This document shows, piece after piece, positions 44,685 through 53,646 of a DNA stretch of 64,000 nt. How positions within the stretch are numbered: the stretch's first letter is position 1; the number at the start of each line of letters is the position of its first letter. Where the stretch lies: contig CAWJVW010000005.1 in NCBI GenBank assembly GCA_963846425.1, positions 2,843,732-2,907,731 of the forward strand, written 5' to 3'. This DNA is from an uncultured Acidobacteriota bacterium. GTDB lineage: Bacteria; Acidobacteriota; Vicinamibacteria; Vicinamibacterales; UBA2999. The notes under the pieces were generated by a model. It was given only the letters and a program-made list of their open reading frames with translations. It was not told the origin of the DNA and ran no database searches. The position numbers and the translations under genes are program-made.

Positions 44685-45866
44685 CTAGATCAACGAGACG
44701 ATTTCCTTCTGGCGTGGCCCGGTCACTTCGGGTCCGGACTTGCCCCAGACCATATTGATTTCCGTCCGCACACCAAAGCGTTCGAAATAGATGCCCGGCT
44801 CGATCGTGAAGCCGGTCCCGGGCAAGAGCCGGCGTTCGTCGTGTGTTTCGTAGTCGTCCAGATGCGCGCCATTGCCGTGCACGGTCTCGCCCAGGCTATG
44901 CCCGGTGCGATGCAGGATGTAGTCCCCGTAACCAGCGGCTTGGATCACTGCGCGCGCCGCACGGTCGAGCTCGAAGCCGCGAACTTCGCGGTCCTCTCGC
45001 GCAGCACCCTCCACGACGACGACAGCCGCGTCGCGCGCATCCCGTACCGCAGCAAACGCCTTGGACATTTCATCAGGCACCTGACGGCCTGTAAACCCTA
45101 CCCACGTGATGTCGGCAAACACGGCGCCCGGTCTGTCGAGCTTCCCCCATAGGTCCAGGAGCAACAATTCATCCGGCCGCACTGTGCGGCTGCGTCGCTC
45201 GCTGGGAAGATAATGGGGATTCCCGGCATTTTCCTGAGCGGACACGTTGGGGGCCGAATCGCTAACCAGCCCTTCCTCTGCAAACCACTGCCACATCAAC
45301 TGTTGCAAATCGAATTCCGTCGTCGGCACGCTGTCTTTCAAGCGCTTTGCCGCCGCCTCAAAGGCTTGGTCCTTCACACGGTACAGTTTCTCGGCTGCTT
45401 GATAGTGCGACGAGATGGCCTCGTCGCTCCAGTGCGCCTCGAACTGCTGAATCAGATCCCCGGACGACACAACGTCGACGCCTTGTGCCCGCACCAGTTC
45501 GATCGTGCCCGCATCGACCCGAGATACGTACGGGATCGCGCCCTTGGGCGAGTATTCCATCGCGATGCGACGAGTCCCCGACAGCAATGTTTTCAGCCCC
45601 GATTCCAACTGCGCTCGCCCCGCGTAAGGGTTCTTCTGACCCGGCAATCGATCGAGGTTGTGCCGCTCGATCGCGTGCACCAGCCCGCGAGGCTCGCCCG
45701 AGGCCGGAATAAGGTAGAACCACCGCCGGGAGGCGAGATGGTGCCCGCCCCCGAGGCCTGCCAGACGTTGTGCAATGGGATTGGCGCCCTGAAAATCGTA
45801 CCAAAGCCAGCCATCCAGCCCTTGTTCGCGAAGTGCCTGCTGGACGGCGGCGACGTCAACGGCCAT
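44685..45866 (-). CDS. M24 family metallopeptidase (Xaa-Pro aminopeptidase-like)
   Basis: Pita-bread fold motifs (DITWVGF, HRTGHSLG, GFTIEPGIY). Confidence 0.85.
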   Translation of the reverse strand: MAVDVAAVQQALREQGLDGWLWYDFQGANPIAQRLAGLGGGHHLASRRWFYLIPASGEPRGLVHAIERHNLDRLPGQKNPYAGRAQLESGLKTLLSGTRRIAMEYSPKGAIPYVSRVDAGTIELVRAQGVDVVSSGDLIQQFEAHWSDEAISSHYQAAEKLYRVKDQAFEAAAKRLKDSVPTTEFDLQQLMWQWFAEEGLVSDSAPNVSAQENAGNPHYLPSERRSRTVRPDELLLLDLWGKLDRPGAVFADITWVGFTGRQVPDEMSKAFAAVRDARDAAVVVVEGAAREDREVRGFELDRAARAVIQAAGYGDYILHRTGHSLGETVHGNGAHLDDYETHDERRLLPGTGFTIEPGIYFERFGVRTEINMVWGKSGPEVTGPRQKEIVSLI

Positions 45867-45996
45867 AGTCCTTCAGTATAGCGAGGTGCCGCCCTCTGAG
45901 CTTGCCCAAGCAGCGACCAGGGGCATTTGCACCACTATTGGGTTCGACGTCGAAGTCGTCGGCAAAGTTTGTGCCCATGTTAAGGATTCGCAAAAC

Positions 45997-46419
45997 ATGG
46001 CTTACCGTTTCTTCGACCACACCGGTGACATCGGAGTAACGCTGACGGGGAAGACCCGCGAGGCGCTGTTTGCCTCCGCCGCAATTGCGTTCACCGACAC
46101 CCTTACAGCGGTTTCCAATGTCGAACCGCGTCGGCCTGAAGAGGTGGCTCTAGACGCCCCAGAGCTCGATCTGTTGCTCGTAGACTTTCTGAGTGAGCTG
46201 CTGTATCGGTTCGACACGCGCGGATGGCTGTCCCGGGATGCTCAAGTTGACGTGCGTGAGCGTGATGGTGGCTGGGCCCTCGAGGGCACCTTGAGCGGTG
46301 AGAAACTCGATCCAGAGCGGCACAAGGTCAAGATTCTGATCAAGGCGGTCACGTATCACGGTCTGCACGTGATTGAACGCAATGGAGAATGGCACGCGAA
46401 CGTCGTGTTCGATGTCTAA
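45997..46419 (+). CDS. Archease (RtcB activator)
   Basis: Start ATG 45997: MAYRFFDHTGDIGVTL (FDHTaDiG motif), 140 aa, directly upstream of rtcB. Confidence 0.85.
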   Translation: MAYRFFDHTGDIGVTLTGKTREALFASAAIAFTDTLTAVSNVEPRRPEEVALDAPELDLLLVDFLSELLYRFDTRGWLSRDAQVDVRERDGGWALEGTLSGEKLDPERHKVKILIKAVTYHGLHVIERNGEWHANVVFDV

Positions 46420-46452
46420 ATCGCCAAAGCCTCTGAGGCGCATTCTTGCTAT

Positions 46453-47907
46453 ATGAAACTCCAGCAAATCGATCCTTATCGCTGGCGCATCCCTCGTGAA
46501 GGGAAGATGCTCGTCGAGGGGATCGTCTATGCCGACGCGTCGATGATGGCGGATCTTCGCGAGGATCAAGCGCTGCAGCAGGTGGCCAACGTCGCGCACC
46601 TGCCGGGGATCGTCAGGGCCTCGATGGCGATGCCCGATATCCATTGGGGTTACGGGTTTCCCATCGGCGGCGTTGCGGCGATGGATGCCGAGGACGGCGT
46701 CGTCTCGCCGGGTGGCGTCGGTTACGACATCAATTGAGGAGTACGGCTGGTCGGCTCAGGTCTGAGCCGCACGGACGTGTTACCGCGGCTCCGCGAGATC
46801 GTGAATGCGATGTACGCGCGAGTCCCGACTGGTGTCGGCGCTCACCGGCGCGACCTTCGCCTGTCGCGGGACGACCTCACTCACGTGTTGCAAGGCGGGG
46901 CCGCTTGGGCCATCGATCGCGGATTCGGAGCGCCGAGTGACCTCGACTACATTGAGGAACGCGGCGCGCTGCCCGGGGCCGATCCCGCATTGGTATCGGA
47001 TCGCGCGTACGAGCGCGGTTACTCACAGTTGGGAACGCTCGGCTCGGGGAATCACTTCGTCGAGCTGCAATACGTCTCCGAGATTTACGACGAGGTGGTT
47101 GCCGCGGCGTTCGGCTTGAGGCTCGATCAGGTGACGGCGATGATTCACAGTGGCTCGCGTGGGCTTGGGCATCAAGTCTGCGAGGATCACCTGCGGATCA
47201 TGATCAGGGCCTCGCAAACTTACGGCATCGAGTTGCCGGATCGTCAACTGTGTTGTGCACCGCTGAAGTCCCACGAGGGCCGCCAGTATCTCGCGGCGAT
47301 GAGCGCAGCGGCCAACTACGCCTTTGCAAATCGGCAGGTGATGGCGCATTGGGTGCGTGAGTCGATTTCCGATGCGCTCGGGATGACGTCTGAGGCGACT
47401 GGCATTCGGACCGTTTACGACGTTTGTCACAACATCGCCAAGTTTGAGGAGTTTCCGAGCGCCCGGGTCAAAGGCGGGTCTTCTCACGCGTCGACGCTTT
47501 GCGTTCATCGCAAGGGCGCGACGCGCGCATATCCGCCAAATCACCCGCAGGTTCCAGCTGCCTATCGGCCAGTCGGGCAGCCCGTCCTGATCCCCGGCGA
47601 CATGGGCCGCTACTCGTACGTGCTGGTTGGAACCGAACTGGCGTTCTACGAAACGTTTGGCTCGAGTTGCCACGGCGCGGGGCGGCGATGGAGCCGGTCA
47701 CACGCGAAGCGCCAGGCAAAAGGGCATGCCGTCGTGAAGGATCTCGCGGCACGGGGTGTTGTCGTGAAGGCCGCAGGCCTCGCGACCCTCGCCGAGGAAA
47801 TGCCCGACGCCTACAAAGACGTCGCTGACGTCGTCCGCATCGTTCACGAGGCGGGGTTGGCGCGACGTGTCGCGCAACTGCGGCCCATGGGGGTGATCAA
47901 GGGGTAA
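46453..47907 (+). CDS. rtcB: RNA 3'-phosphate ligase RtcB with in-frame TGA (46735-46737) at the conserved metal-binding Cys: candidate selenoprotein, or internal-stop pseudogene
   Basis: Track ORFs 46453-46737 and 46777-47907 are in the same frame. Read-through gives ...PGGVGYDIN[TGA]GVRLVGSG...VPTGVG..., matching the RtcB motif GxDINCGVRL. Total 484 codons, the normal RtcB length. Confidence 0.85.
46741..46780 (+). promoter_or_regulatory. Putative bacterial SECIS stem-loop downstream of the rtcB UGA
   Basis: Upper stem C52-G69..A58-U63 (CGGCUCA/UGAGCCG) closing loop GGUC (46759-46762). Bulged U 46751. Lower interrupted stem pairs 46742-46750 with 46770-46779. Apex CAGGUCUG is identical to the E. 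coli fdhF SECIS apex as I recall it. Confidence 0.55.
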
Positions 47908-47935
47908 AAGAACTGCGGTTACGTGGATGCCGTCT

Positions 47936-47941
47936 TATAAT
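47936..47941 (+). promoter_or_regulatory. Perfect TATAAT -10-like hexamer upstream of the VWA gene
   Basis: TATAAT in a GC-rich spacer, 38 nt before ATG 47980. No convincing -35. Confidence 0.25.
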
Positions 47942-47979
47942 GTGAGGTTGGCCAGCACCAGCTGATTGTCCGTAACCCT

Positions 47980-50529
47980 ATGAAACAAAACATTTTTGTA
48001 CTGTTGCTTGCGTCGCTTCTCTCAGGCGCGGTGACACTCACCGGCCAGGGAGCGCAGACGCCGCCTTCCGAACCCCAGGCGCAGCCGGGAGTGACGTTCC
48101 GCGCCGAGGTCAATTATGTCGAGGTGGATGCGCGCGTCCTTGACGCTCAAGGCAAGTTCGTCCCCGGTCTTGGGCAGAGCGACTTCCAGGTCCTCGAGGA
48201 CGGCAAGCCGCAACAGATCACCATCTTCTCGTTGGTCAATCTGCCCGTCGAGCGCGCCACGCGACCGCTGTTTGCGAGCAAGCCAATCGAACCCGATGTG
48301 CAGACGAACCTGGCAGGGTACAACGGCCGCGTGTACCTGATCGTGTTGGATGACTCGCATACGCATGCTTTGCGCTCTGCGCGGGTGCGGCGGGCGGCGC
48401 ATGAGTTCATCGAGCGCCATATGGGCGCGAACGACGTTGCCGCAATCGTGCATACGAGCGGACGCGCTGACGCCGCGCAGGAGTTCACCAGCAATCAGCG
48501 GCTGCTGTTGAACGCGGTGGACAAATTCATGGGGCGGAAGCTGCGCTCCTCGTTGATGAACCGCTTGGAGGAAGAGTCGAGAACACGCGGGACTCGGAGC
48601 GCCGGCGAACGCATCAACGATCCCGACACCCTCGAACGCGGCTATCACGCGCGCAACACGCTCGAGTCGCTCAAAAACTTTGCCGACATCATGGCGGGCG
48701 TGCGCGGCCGCCGCAAGGCGCTTGTGTATTTCAGCGAAGGCGTGGACTACGACATCAACGATCCCTTCAACAACCGCGATGCGACCGACATTCTCGACCG
48801 TACGCGCGAGCTCATCGCCGCCGCAACGCGAGCGAACGTATCCATTTACGGGATGGACGTTCGGGGCTTGGGTGCGGGAACCGACGACGCAATCGAAATT
48901 CAGTCGTTCCCTGATGACCCGACGCTTGGTCTGACCTCCAGCGCGCTGAACGACGAAGTGCGGATGGGGCAGGACAGCCTGCGCGTCCTATCCGACGAGA
49001 CCGGTGGTTTTGCCACGGTCAACAACAACGATATCGCAGGTGCGTTCACCAGGCTGGTCGAGGAAAACAGCTCGTACTACGTGCTGGGGTATTACGCGTC
49101 CAATGAACGGCGCGACGGACGTTTTCGGAAGATCGAAGTGCGGGTTAACAAGCCAGGCCTCACCGTGCGCGCGCGTCGTGGCTACTTTGCACCTCGCGGC
49201 CGCGTCCAGGAGGCCAAGCTCAGTGGACCCGGTGAGGCCTCTGCCGAACTGCGCGAGGCGATGAGCAGCCCGGTGCCCGTCAGCGGATTACCGCTCGCGA
49301 CAACCGCCAGCGTCTTCAAGGGCCCCGACCGCAATGGATCAGTCGTGGTCTCCACGCTGATCGGCGGCAGGGATTTGCCGCTCGTCGAACGAGACGGCAC
49401 GTTCCGCAACGATCTCGAAGTGGTATTTCTGGCTGTCGATGCGAAGGGCAAGACCTTCCCGGGCGACCGGAATACGCTGAACCTTCAACTCAAACCTGAT
49501 TCGGTGGCCCGCGTGCGCAACGCGGGCTTCAGGGTCATATCTTCGCTGGAACTGCCGCCGGGGCGCTACCAGCTGCGCGTGGCGGCGCGAGAGGCGAACA
49601 GTCGCCGCTCCGGTCTGGTGCTCCACGATTTCGAGGTGCCGGACTTCGCCAAGGAAACATTGTCGATTAGCAGCATTGCACTGACGTCGATGGCGAGCAG
49701 CCTGGTGCCGACGGCACGTCCGAAAGATCCGCTGGTCAAGCTGATGCCTGGCCCGCTGTCTACGTATCGCGACTTCGGGCAGAACGACGAGCTCGCACTT
49801 TTTACCGAGGTGTACGAGGCCGGCGGCGGTCCCGCGCACAAGGTTGAAATCAACCTGACGATGAAGGCAGAGGGTGGGCAGACGGTCTTCCAGACGCGCG
49901 AAGAACGCGACAGCAGCGAGCTCGGTGGATCGAGCGGCGGCTACGGTTTCTCTGCGAAGGTGCCGCTTCGGGATCTGTCTCCGGGGCTCTACGTGCTTCG
50001 CGTAGAGGCGCAGTCACGAGTCGGCGATCGACCAGCCGTGTTCCGCGAAACGATTGTCAATGTCGTGGCCGCGCCGCCCGGAACGGAGGCGCCGGCCGCG
50101 CCGCGACCTTCAGTGGGAAAGCCCGTGCCGCCGCAGGCGACACCACCAGCGCCTGCCGGTCGGACCGTTTCTATGACCCCCATCAACAGCGACAGGATGA
50201 GCGGCATCGATCGAGCGCAGCAGACCGTGGTGCGCACCGACGAGGAGTGGCGCACCTTGTGGCAGCAGCACGCAGCCGGCCGCCCGGTGCCTGCAGTCGA
50301 TTTCAAACAGAACATGGTGCTTGCCGTGTTTCTGGGCAGCCGCCCGTCAGGTGGATATGGCGTGGCAATAACTGGCGTACGGTCCGAGGCCGGCGGCCTC
50401 GTTGTCGAATGGGCGGAAACCCGTCCTGCGCCCGGCACGTCGGCGGTAACCGTCATGACGGCGCCGTCGCACCTGGTTTCGGTGCCGCGCCAGGACGGTC
50501 CTGTACGATTCGAGAAGGTGGAGCGCTAG
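47980..50529 (+). CDS. VWA domain protein (acidobacterial VWFA-related N-terminus) fused to a C-terminal PrcB_C-like domain
   Basis: Signal peptide. FRAEVNYVEVDARVLDAQGKFVPGLGQSDFQVLEDGKPQ N-terminal module. VWA core with MIDAS-like DDSHTH. C-terminal ...TDEEWRTLWQQH...VDFKQNMVLAVFLGSRPSGGYGVAI... resembles PrcB_C (from memory). Confidence 0.8.
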   Translation: MKQNIFVLLLASLLSGAVTLTGQGAQTPPSEPQAQPGVTFRAEVNYVEVDARVLDAQGKFVPGLGQSDFQVLEDGKPQQITIFSLVNLPVERATRPLFASKPIEPDVQTNLAGYNGRVYLIVLDDSHTHALRSARVRRAAHEFIERHMGANDVAAIVHTSGRADAAQEFTSNQRLLLNAVDKFMGRKLRSSLMNRLEEESRTRGTRSAGERINDPDTLERGYHARNTLESLKNFADIMAGVRGRRKALVYFSEGVDYDINDPFNNRDATDILDRTRELIAAATRANVSIYGMDVRGLGAGTDDAIEIQSFPDDPTLGLTSSALNDEVRMGQDSLRVLSDETGGFATVNNNDIAGAFTRLVEENSSYYVLGYYASNERRDGRFRKIEVRVNKPGLTVRARRGYFAPRGRVQEAKLSGPGEASAELREAMSSPVPVSGLPLATTASVFKGPDRNGSVVVSTLIGGRDLPLVERDGTFRNDLEVVFLAVDAKGKTFPGDRNTLNLQLKPDSVARVRNAGFRVISSLELPPGRYQLRVAAREANSRRSGLVLHDFEVPDFAKETLSISSIALTSMASSLVPTARPKDPLVKLMPGPLSTYRDFGQNDELALFTEVYEAGGGPAHKVEINLTMKAEGGQTVFQTREERDSSELGGSSGGYGFSAKVPLRDLSPGLYVLRVEAQSRVGDRPAVFRETIVNVVAAPPGTEAPAAPRPSVGKPVPPQATPPAPAGRTVSMTPINSDRMSGIDRAQQTVVRTDEEWRTLWQQHAAGRPVPAVDFKQNMVLAVFLGSRPSGGYGVAITGVRSEAGGLVVEWAETRPAPGTSAVTVMTAPSHLVSVPRQDGPVRFEKVER

Positions 50530-50533
50530 GAGC

Positions 50534-50923
50534 GTGACCGAGTCCGAGGTCACAGACCTGGCGGGTCCGACGAGCACGGGGGTCGAGCCGCGTTTGTCGG
50601 CCCTGCTTTGCTATACCGCCTGGTGGCTCTCGGCGCTTGTTTTCCTCGTCATCGAGCAACAGCACCGCGGCGTGCGGTTCCATGCGGCGCAGTCGCTGGT
50701 GCTGTTTGGGGGCCTGTCGGTGCTGATCGCACTGCTGTCGGGTCTCAGCGTCGCCATGCTAGTCGTGTCCGCTGGCGCGTTTCAGGCAGTTCGCATGCTC
50801 GTGTATCTAGTGTGGATCGGAGCCGTGGGCATCTGGTTGGTGCTGATGCTCCGCACATTCAAGGGAGACACGTGGCGCGTGCCGTTTGTGGCGGACCTCG
50901 CGGATCGCCTCGCAGCGCTGTGA
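50534..50923 (+). CDS. Small integral membrane protein (DUF4870-like)
   Basis: 129 aa with 3-4 TM helices. LCYTAWWLSALVFLVIEQQHRGVRFHAAQSLVLFG pattern. 4 nt after the VWA gene stop. Confidence 0.5.
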   Translation: MTESEVTDLAGPTSTGVEPRLSALLCYTAWWLSALVFLVIEQQHRGVRFHAAQSLVLFGGLSVLIALLSGLSVAMLVVSAGAFQAVRMLVYLVWIGAVGIWLVLMLRTFKGDTWRVPFVADLADRLAAL

Positions 50924-50936
50924 CCCAGCTCGTGAG

Positions 50937-51383
50937 CTATTTCGTGGGCTTCGGTGGCGGCTTCGGCAAATCCAGCTTCGGCACGACTTTCGTCTTAATC
51001 TCGCCGTTGGCGTGCGTGAAATTGTAGCGGTTGTCCCCCATGCCGGGCTTGCGCGGCGTGGTCAACTTGATTTCGATCACTTCACCGGCTGGCAGTGGGC
51101 GCGGGTGTCGGTATATATCGCCTGGCACCGGCTGCCGGGATCTGTCAAACCAGTTTTCCTCGATCCGGAATCCGGCGATCGGTCCCGATGACACGTTCTT
51201 GACGCGGATCGTGGTCACGACGTTACCGCCGACGACCTTCGTATCTGGGGCCGTCAGCTCCACATTGGCGACACCGCGCACAGGCGCTACGAGCTTGCGC
51301 GGAGCATCCTGCTCGCCGAAGACCGACCCGGTCGAGAGGCCTACACCGACGGCGACAACCAACATCGAACCAAGGCGCATCAT
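50937..51383 (-). CDS. Hypothetical secreted protein (Ig-like beta-sandwich?)
   Basis: Start ATG 51383 with GGAGG RBS. Signal peptide MMRLGSMLVVAVGVGLSTGSVFG. Pro/Lys-rich C-terminus. Confidence 0.5.
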   Translation of the reverse strand: MMRLGSMLVVAVGVGLSTGSVFGEQDAPRKLVAPVRGVANVELTAPDTKVVGGNVVTTIRVKNVSSGPIAGFRIEENWFDRSRQPVPGDIYRHPRPLPAGEVIEIKLTTPRKPGMGDNRYNFTHANGEIKTKVVPKLDLPKPPPKPTK

Positions 51384-51423
51384 GCCAAAACCCTCCGGGC
51401 CGTGAATTATATCAGGCCGCACG

Positions 51424-51885
51424 TTACATCTCGCCGTTCCAGTCCTCGGGTTCAGCAGCCGTCGCGCGAAACACTTCGAGGTGCCACTTGCCGCCGCCCC
51501 ATGGCTCGATGACTTCCGTGGCGACGACGTCAACCAGGAGCTCCGCAAAGGTGCGGCCTTCAGGATCGCCCTCGAGGTGATACGCGGGCTCGTCCCACGC
51601 GAAGTTGGGATAGATCATCATGGTGAGAAACAAATCGTAGCCATCGTCCACCACGACCAGTTGACCGCACGGGCGCTTCTGCGTCGAATGGTAAATCAGG
51701 TACTTCTCCGCGCTGTGCGCTCGGATGTACCGCTTGAGAGCAAATTCACGGGCGACGATCTCTTCGACGGCGATCTTCTTGTCCCAGCAGTCGCGGCAAT
51801 ATCGTTCTTCGCCGCGGGGCTCAGAGACTTCTTTTGCACCACACAGCGCGCAGCCGGGCTTCTTCGCAATGGACTTACGGGACAT
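51424..51885 (-). CDS. Hypothetical protein with N-terminal CxxC...CxxC zinc-ribbon
   Basis: 153 aa. CALCGAKEVSEPRGEERYCRDCW. Good GC3 bias. No family recognised. Confidence 0.5.
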   Translation of the reverse strand: MSRKSIAKKPGCALCGAKEVSEPRGEERYCRDCWDKKIAVEEIVAREFALKRYIRAHSAEKYLIYHSTQKRPCGQLVVVDDGYDLFLTMMIYPNFAWDEPAYHLEGDPEGRTFAELLVDVVATEVIEPWGGGKWHLEVFRATAAEPEDWNGEM

Positions 51886-51999
51886 GACGGATGGATTGTA
51901 CTAAACTCCTGAAGCGGACGAACCGCCTCCGCCCGGGCGACGGCGATTCGTCATGCCTTAACGCGCAGGCGGAAGTCCCGCGCTGTCCGAAAGCACTTC

Positions 52000-53646
52000 A
52001 TGATGCCACTCGAAAGAGTCCCGCGTTACGTCTTCGCGGTCGTTGCGATGGTGGGGCTCGGCGCAACCACGCAGGAGCCGCGGTTACATCTGCCGCCGCT
52101 CGACCGGGTGCTGCCACCGCGCGCGGAGACGATCTACCGCGCCGTCGCCCCGCTGGTCGACACGCGGGTGGCGATGGAGACCGTGAGCTTCATGAGCCCT
52201 CTGTGGCGCCTCGCCGGGAATCCGAGCTACGACCGCTCGCTCGACCACATTGCTGCCGCACTCACTCGCGGCGGGTTCGCCTCGTCGTCTGCTCACCAGG
52301 CAGCGCGGCATTGGATCGATGCATTCGACAACGCCGGCCACGGGTGGGAACAGGAACGAGGGACGCTGGCGATTGAAGGCAGCTCGCGCGAAGTCGTGTT
52401 GTCACGCGATCAGGATCGACTGGCGCTCTGCATCAACTCGTTCTCGACAGAACCCGGAGGTGTCGTGCTGCCGCTCGTGGACGTGGGAGCCGGCCAACCG
52501 GCCGACTTCGAGGGCAAGGACGTCAAGGGCACGGTCGTGCTTGGCGATGCGGCCGTCGGCGATTTGTGGACGCGCGCGGTGCGTGAACGGGGCGCGGCCG
52601 GCGTCATCTCGACTGACATTGCCATCTATACGAGGCCCGAACAGACGCCCAATGTCCTGCAGTGGGGAAGCATTCCTTATGACGACGCACGTCGATCGTT
52701 TGGCTTCAAAGCTACCCCTCGAGCCGCGGGTCTACTCCGCACGGCGGCCGCGTCAGGGCATGTCCGGGTCCACGTCGACGTGGCGACGACATTTCACCGT
52801 GGCCGCAACCGCACGCTGACTGCGGAGATTCCAGGCAGCCAACGCGCAGACGAGCGGGTGGTGCTCGTTGCGCACGTCCAGGAGCCCGGCGCGAACGACA
52901 ACGCCAGCGGCTCGGGAACGCTGCTCGCGACTGCGCTCGCCCTTCGCAATGCGATCGCCAAAGGCGCGATTTCAGCCCCTCGGCGCACGCTGACGTTCAT
53001 GTGGCTTGACGAGATCCGCGGAAGCGAACAATGGATCAAGGCTGATCCCGAGAGGGCGCGCCGCGTCGTCGCGATGATGTCGCTCGACATGACTGGCCAG
53101 GACACTCCAAAAACCGGCGGCACGTTTCTGATCGAGAAATCACCAGACCCCTCAGCTATCTGGCCGCGGCCGTCAGACCCACATTCGGAGTGGGGCGCTG
53201 GGGAGGTCGATCGGACGCTCGTCCGCGGGCACTTCCTCAATGACTTCCACCTCGCGGTGGCGCTGCGACGCGCGCGTGACACAGGCTGGATTGTCCGTAC
53301 GAATCCTTACGAAGGGGGGAGTGATCACACAGTCTTTACGCAGGCTGCGGTACCGGCGTTGCTCAACTGGCATTTCACCGATCGCTACTACCACACCAAC
53401 CTGGACACGCCTGACAAGACGAGCCCGGTGACCATGGGGCATGTTGGGACGGCGGTGGGGACGTCGGCGATGTTTCTGGCGGCGGCCGATTCGTCAGACG
53501 GCCCGGCGCTCGCTCGGCTGGTTGAGGCGGCAGAGCGCGCCCGCCTGGAAACCGAGGGCCGAAACGCCGCCAGCGCAGAAATTCTCGCCGCGTGGAAGCA
53601 GTGGTATCAGGAGGCGCGGGCGAGCGTCACGGCTCTCGCACGCTGA
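52000..53646 (+). CDS. M28 family metallo-aminopeptidase with PA-like insert
   Basis: VLVAHVQEPGANDNASGSGTLL (Zn ligand region), MSLDMTG, GGSDHTVF motifs. Confidence 0.8.
   Translation: MMPLERVPRYVFAVVAMVGLGATTQEPRLHLPPLDRVLPPRAETIYRAVAPLVDTRVAMETVSFMSPLWRLAGNPSYDRSLDHIAAALTRGGFASSSAHQAARHWIDAFDNAGHGWEQERGTLAIEGSSREVVLSRDQDRLALCINSFSTEPGGVVLPLVDVGAGQPADFEGKDVKGTVVLGDAAVGDLWTRAVRERGAAGVISTDIAIYTRPEQTPNVLQWGSIPYDDARRSFGFKATPRAAGLLRTAAASGHVRVHVDVATTFHRGRNRTLTAEIPGSQRADERVVLVAHVQEPGANDNASGSGTLLATALALRNAIAKGAISAPRRTLTFMWLDEIRGSEQWIKADPERARRVVAMMSLDMTGQDTPKTGGTFLIEKSPDPSAIWPRPSDPHSEWGAGEVDRTLVRGHFLNDFHLAVALRRARDTGWIVRTNPYEGGSDHTVFTQAAVPALLNWHFTDRYYHTNLDTPDKTSPVTMGHVGTAVGTSAMFLAAADSSDGPALARLVEAAERARLETEGRNAASAEILAAWKQWYQEARASVTALAR

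Noticed and set aside
46453-47907. Treating rtcB as two separate genes (94 aa + 376 aa) or as a plain nonsense pseudogene
   Set aside because: Both parts are in the same frame and neither is a complete domain. The stop replaces the catalytic Cys codon and is followed by a SECIS-like hairpin. Pseudogene status remains the main alternative and is listed under would_refute.
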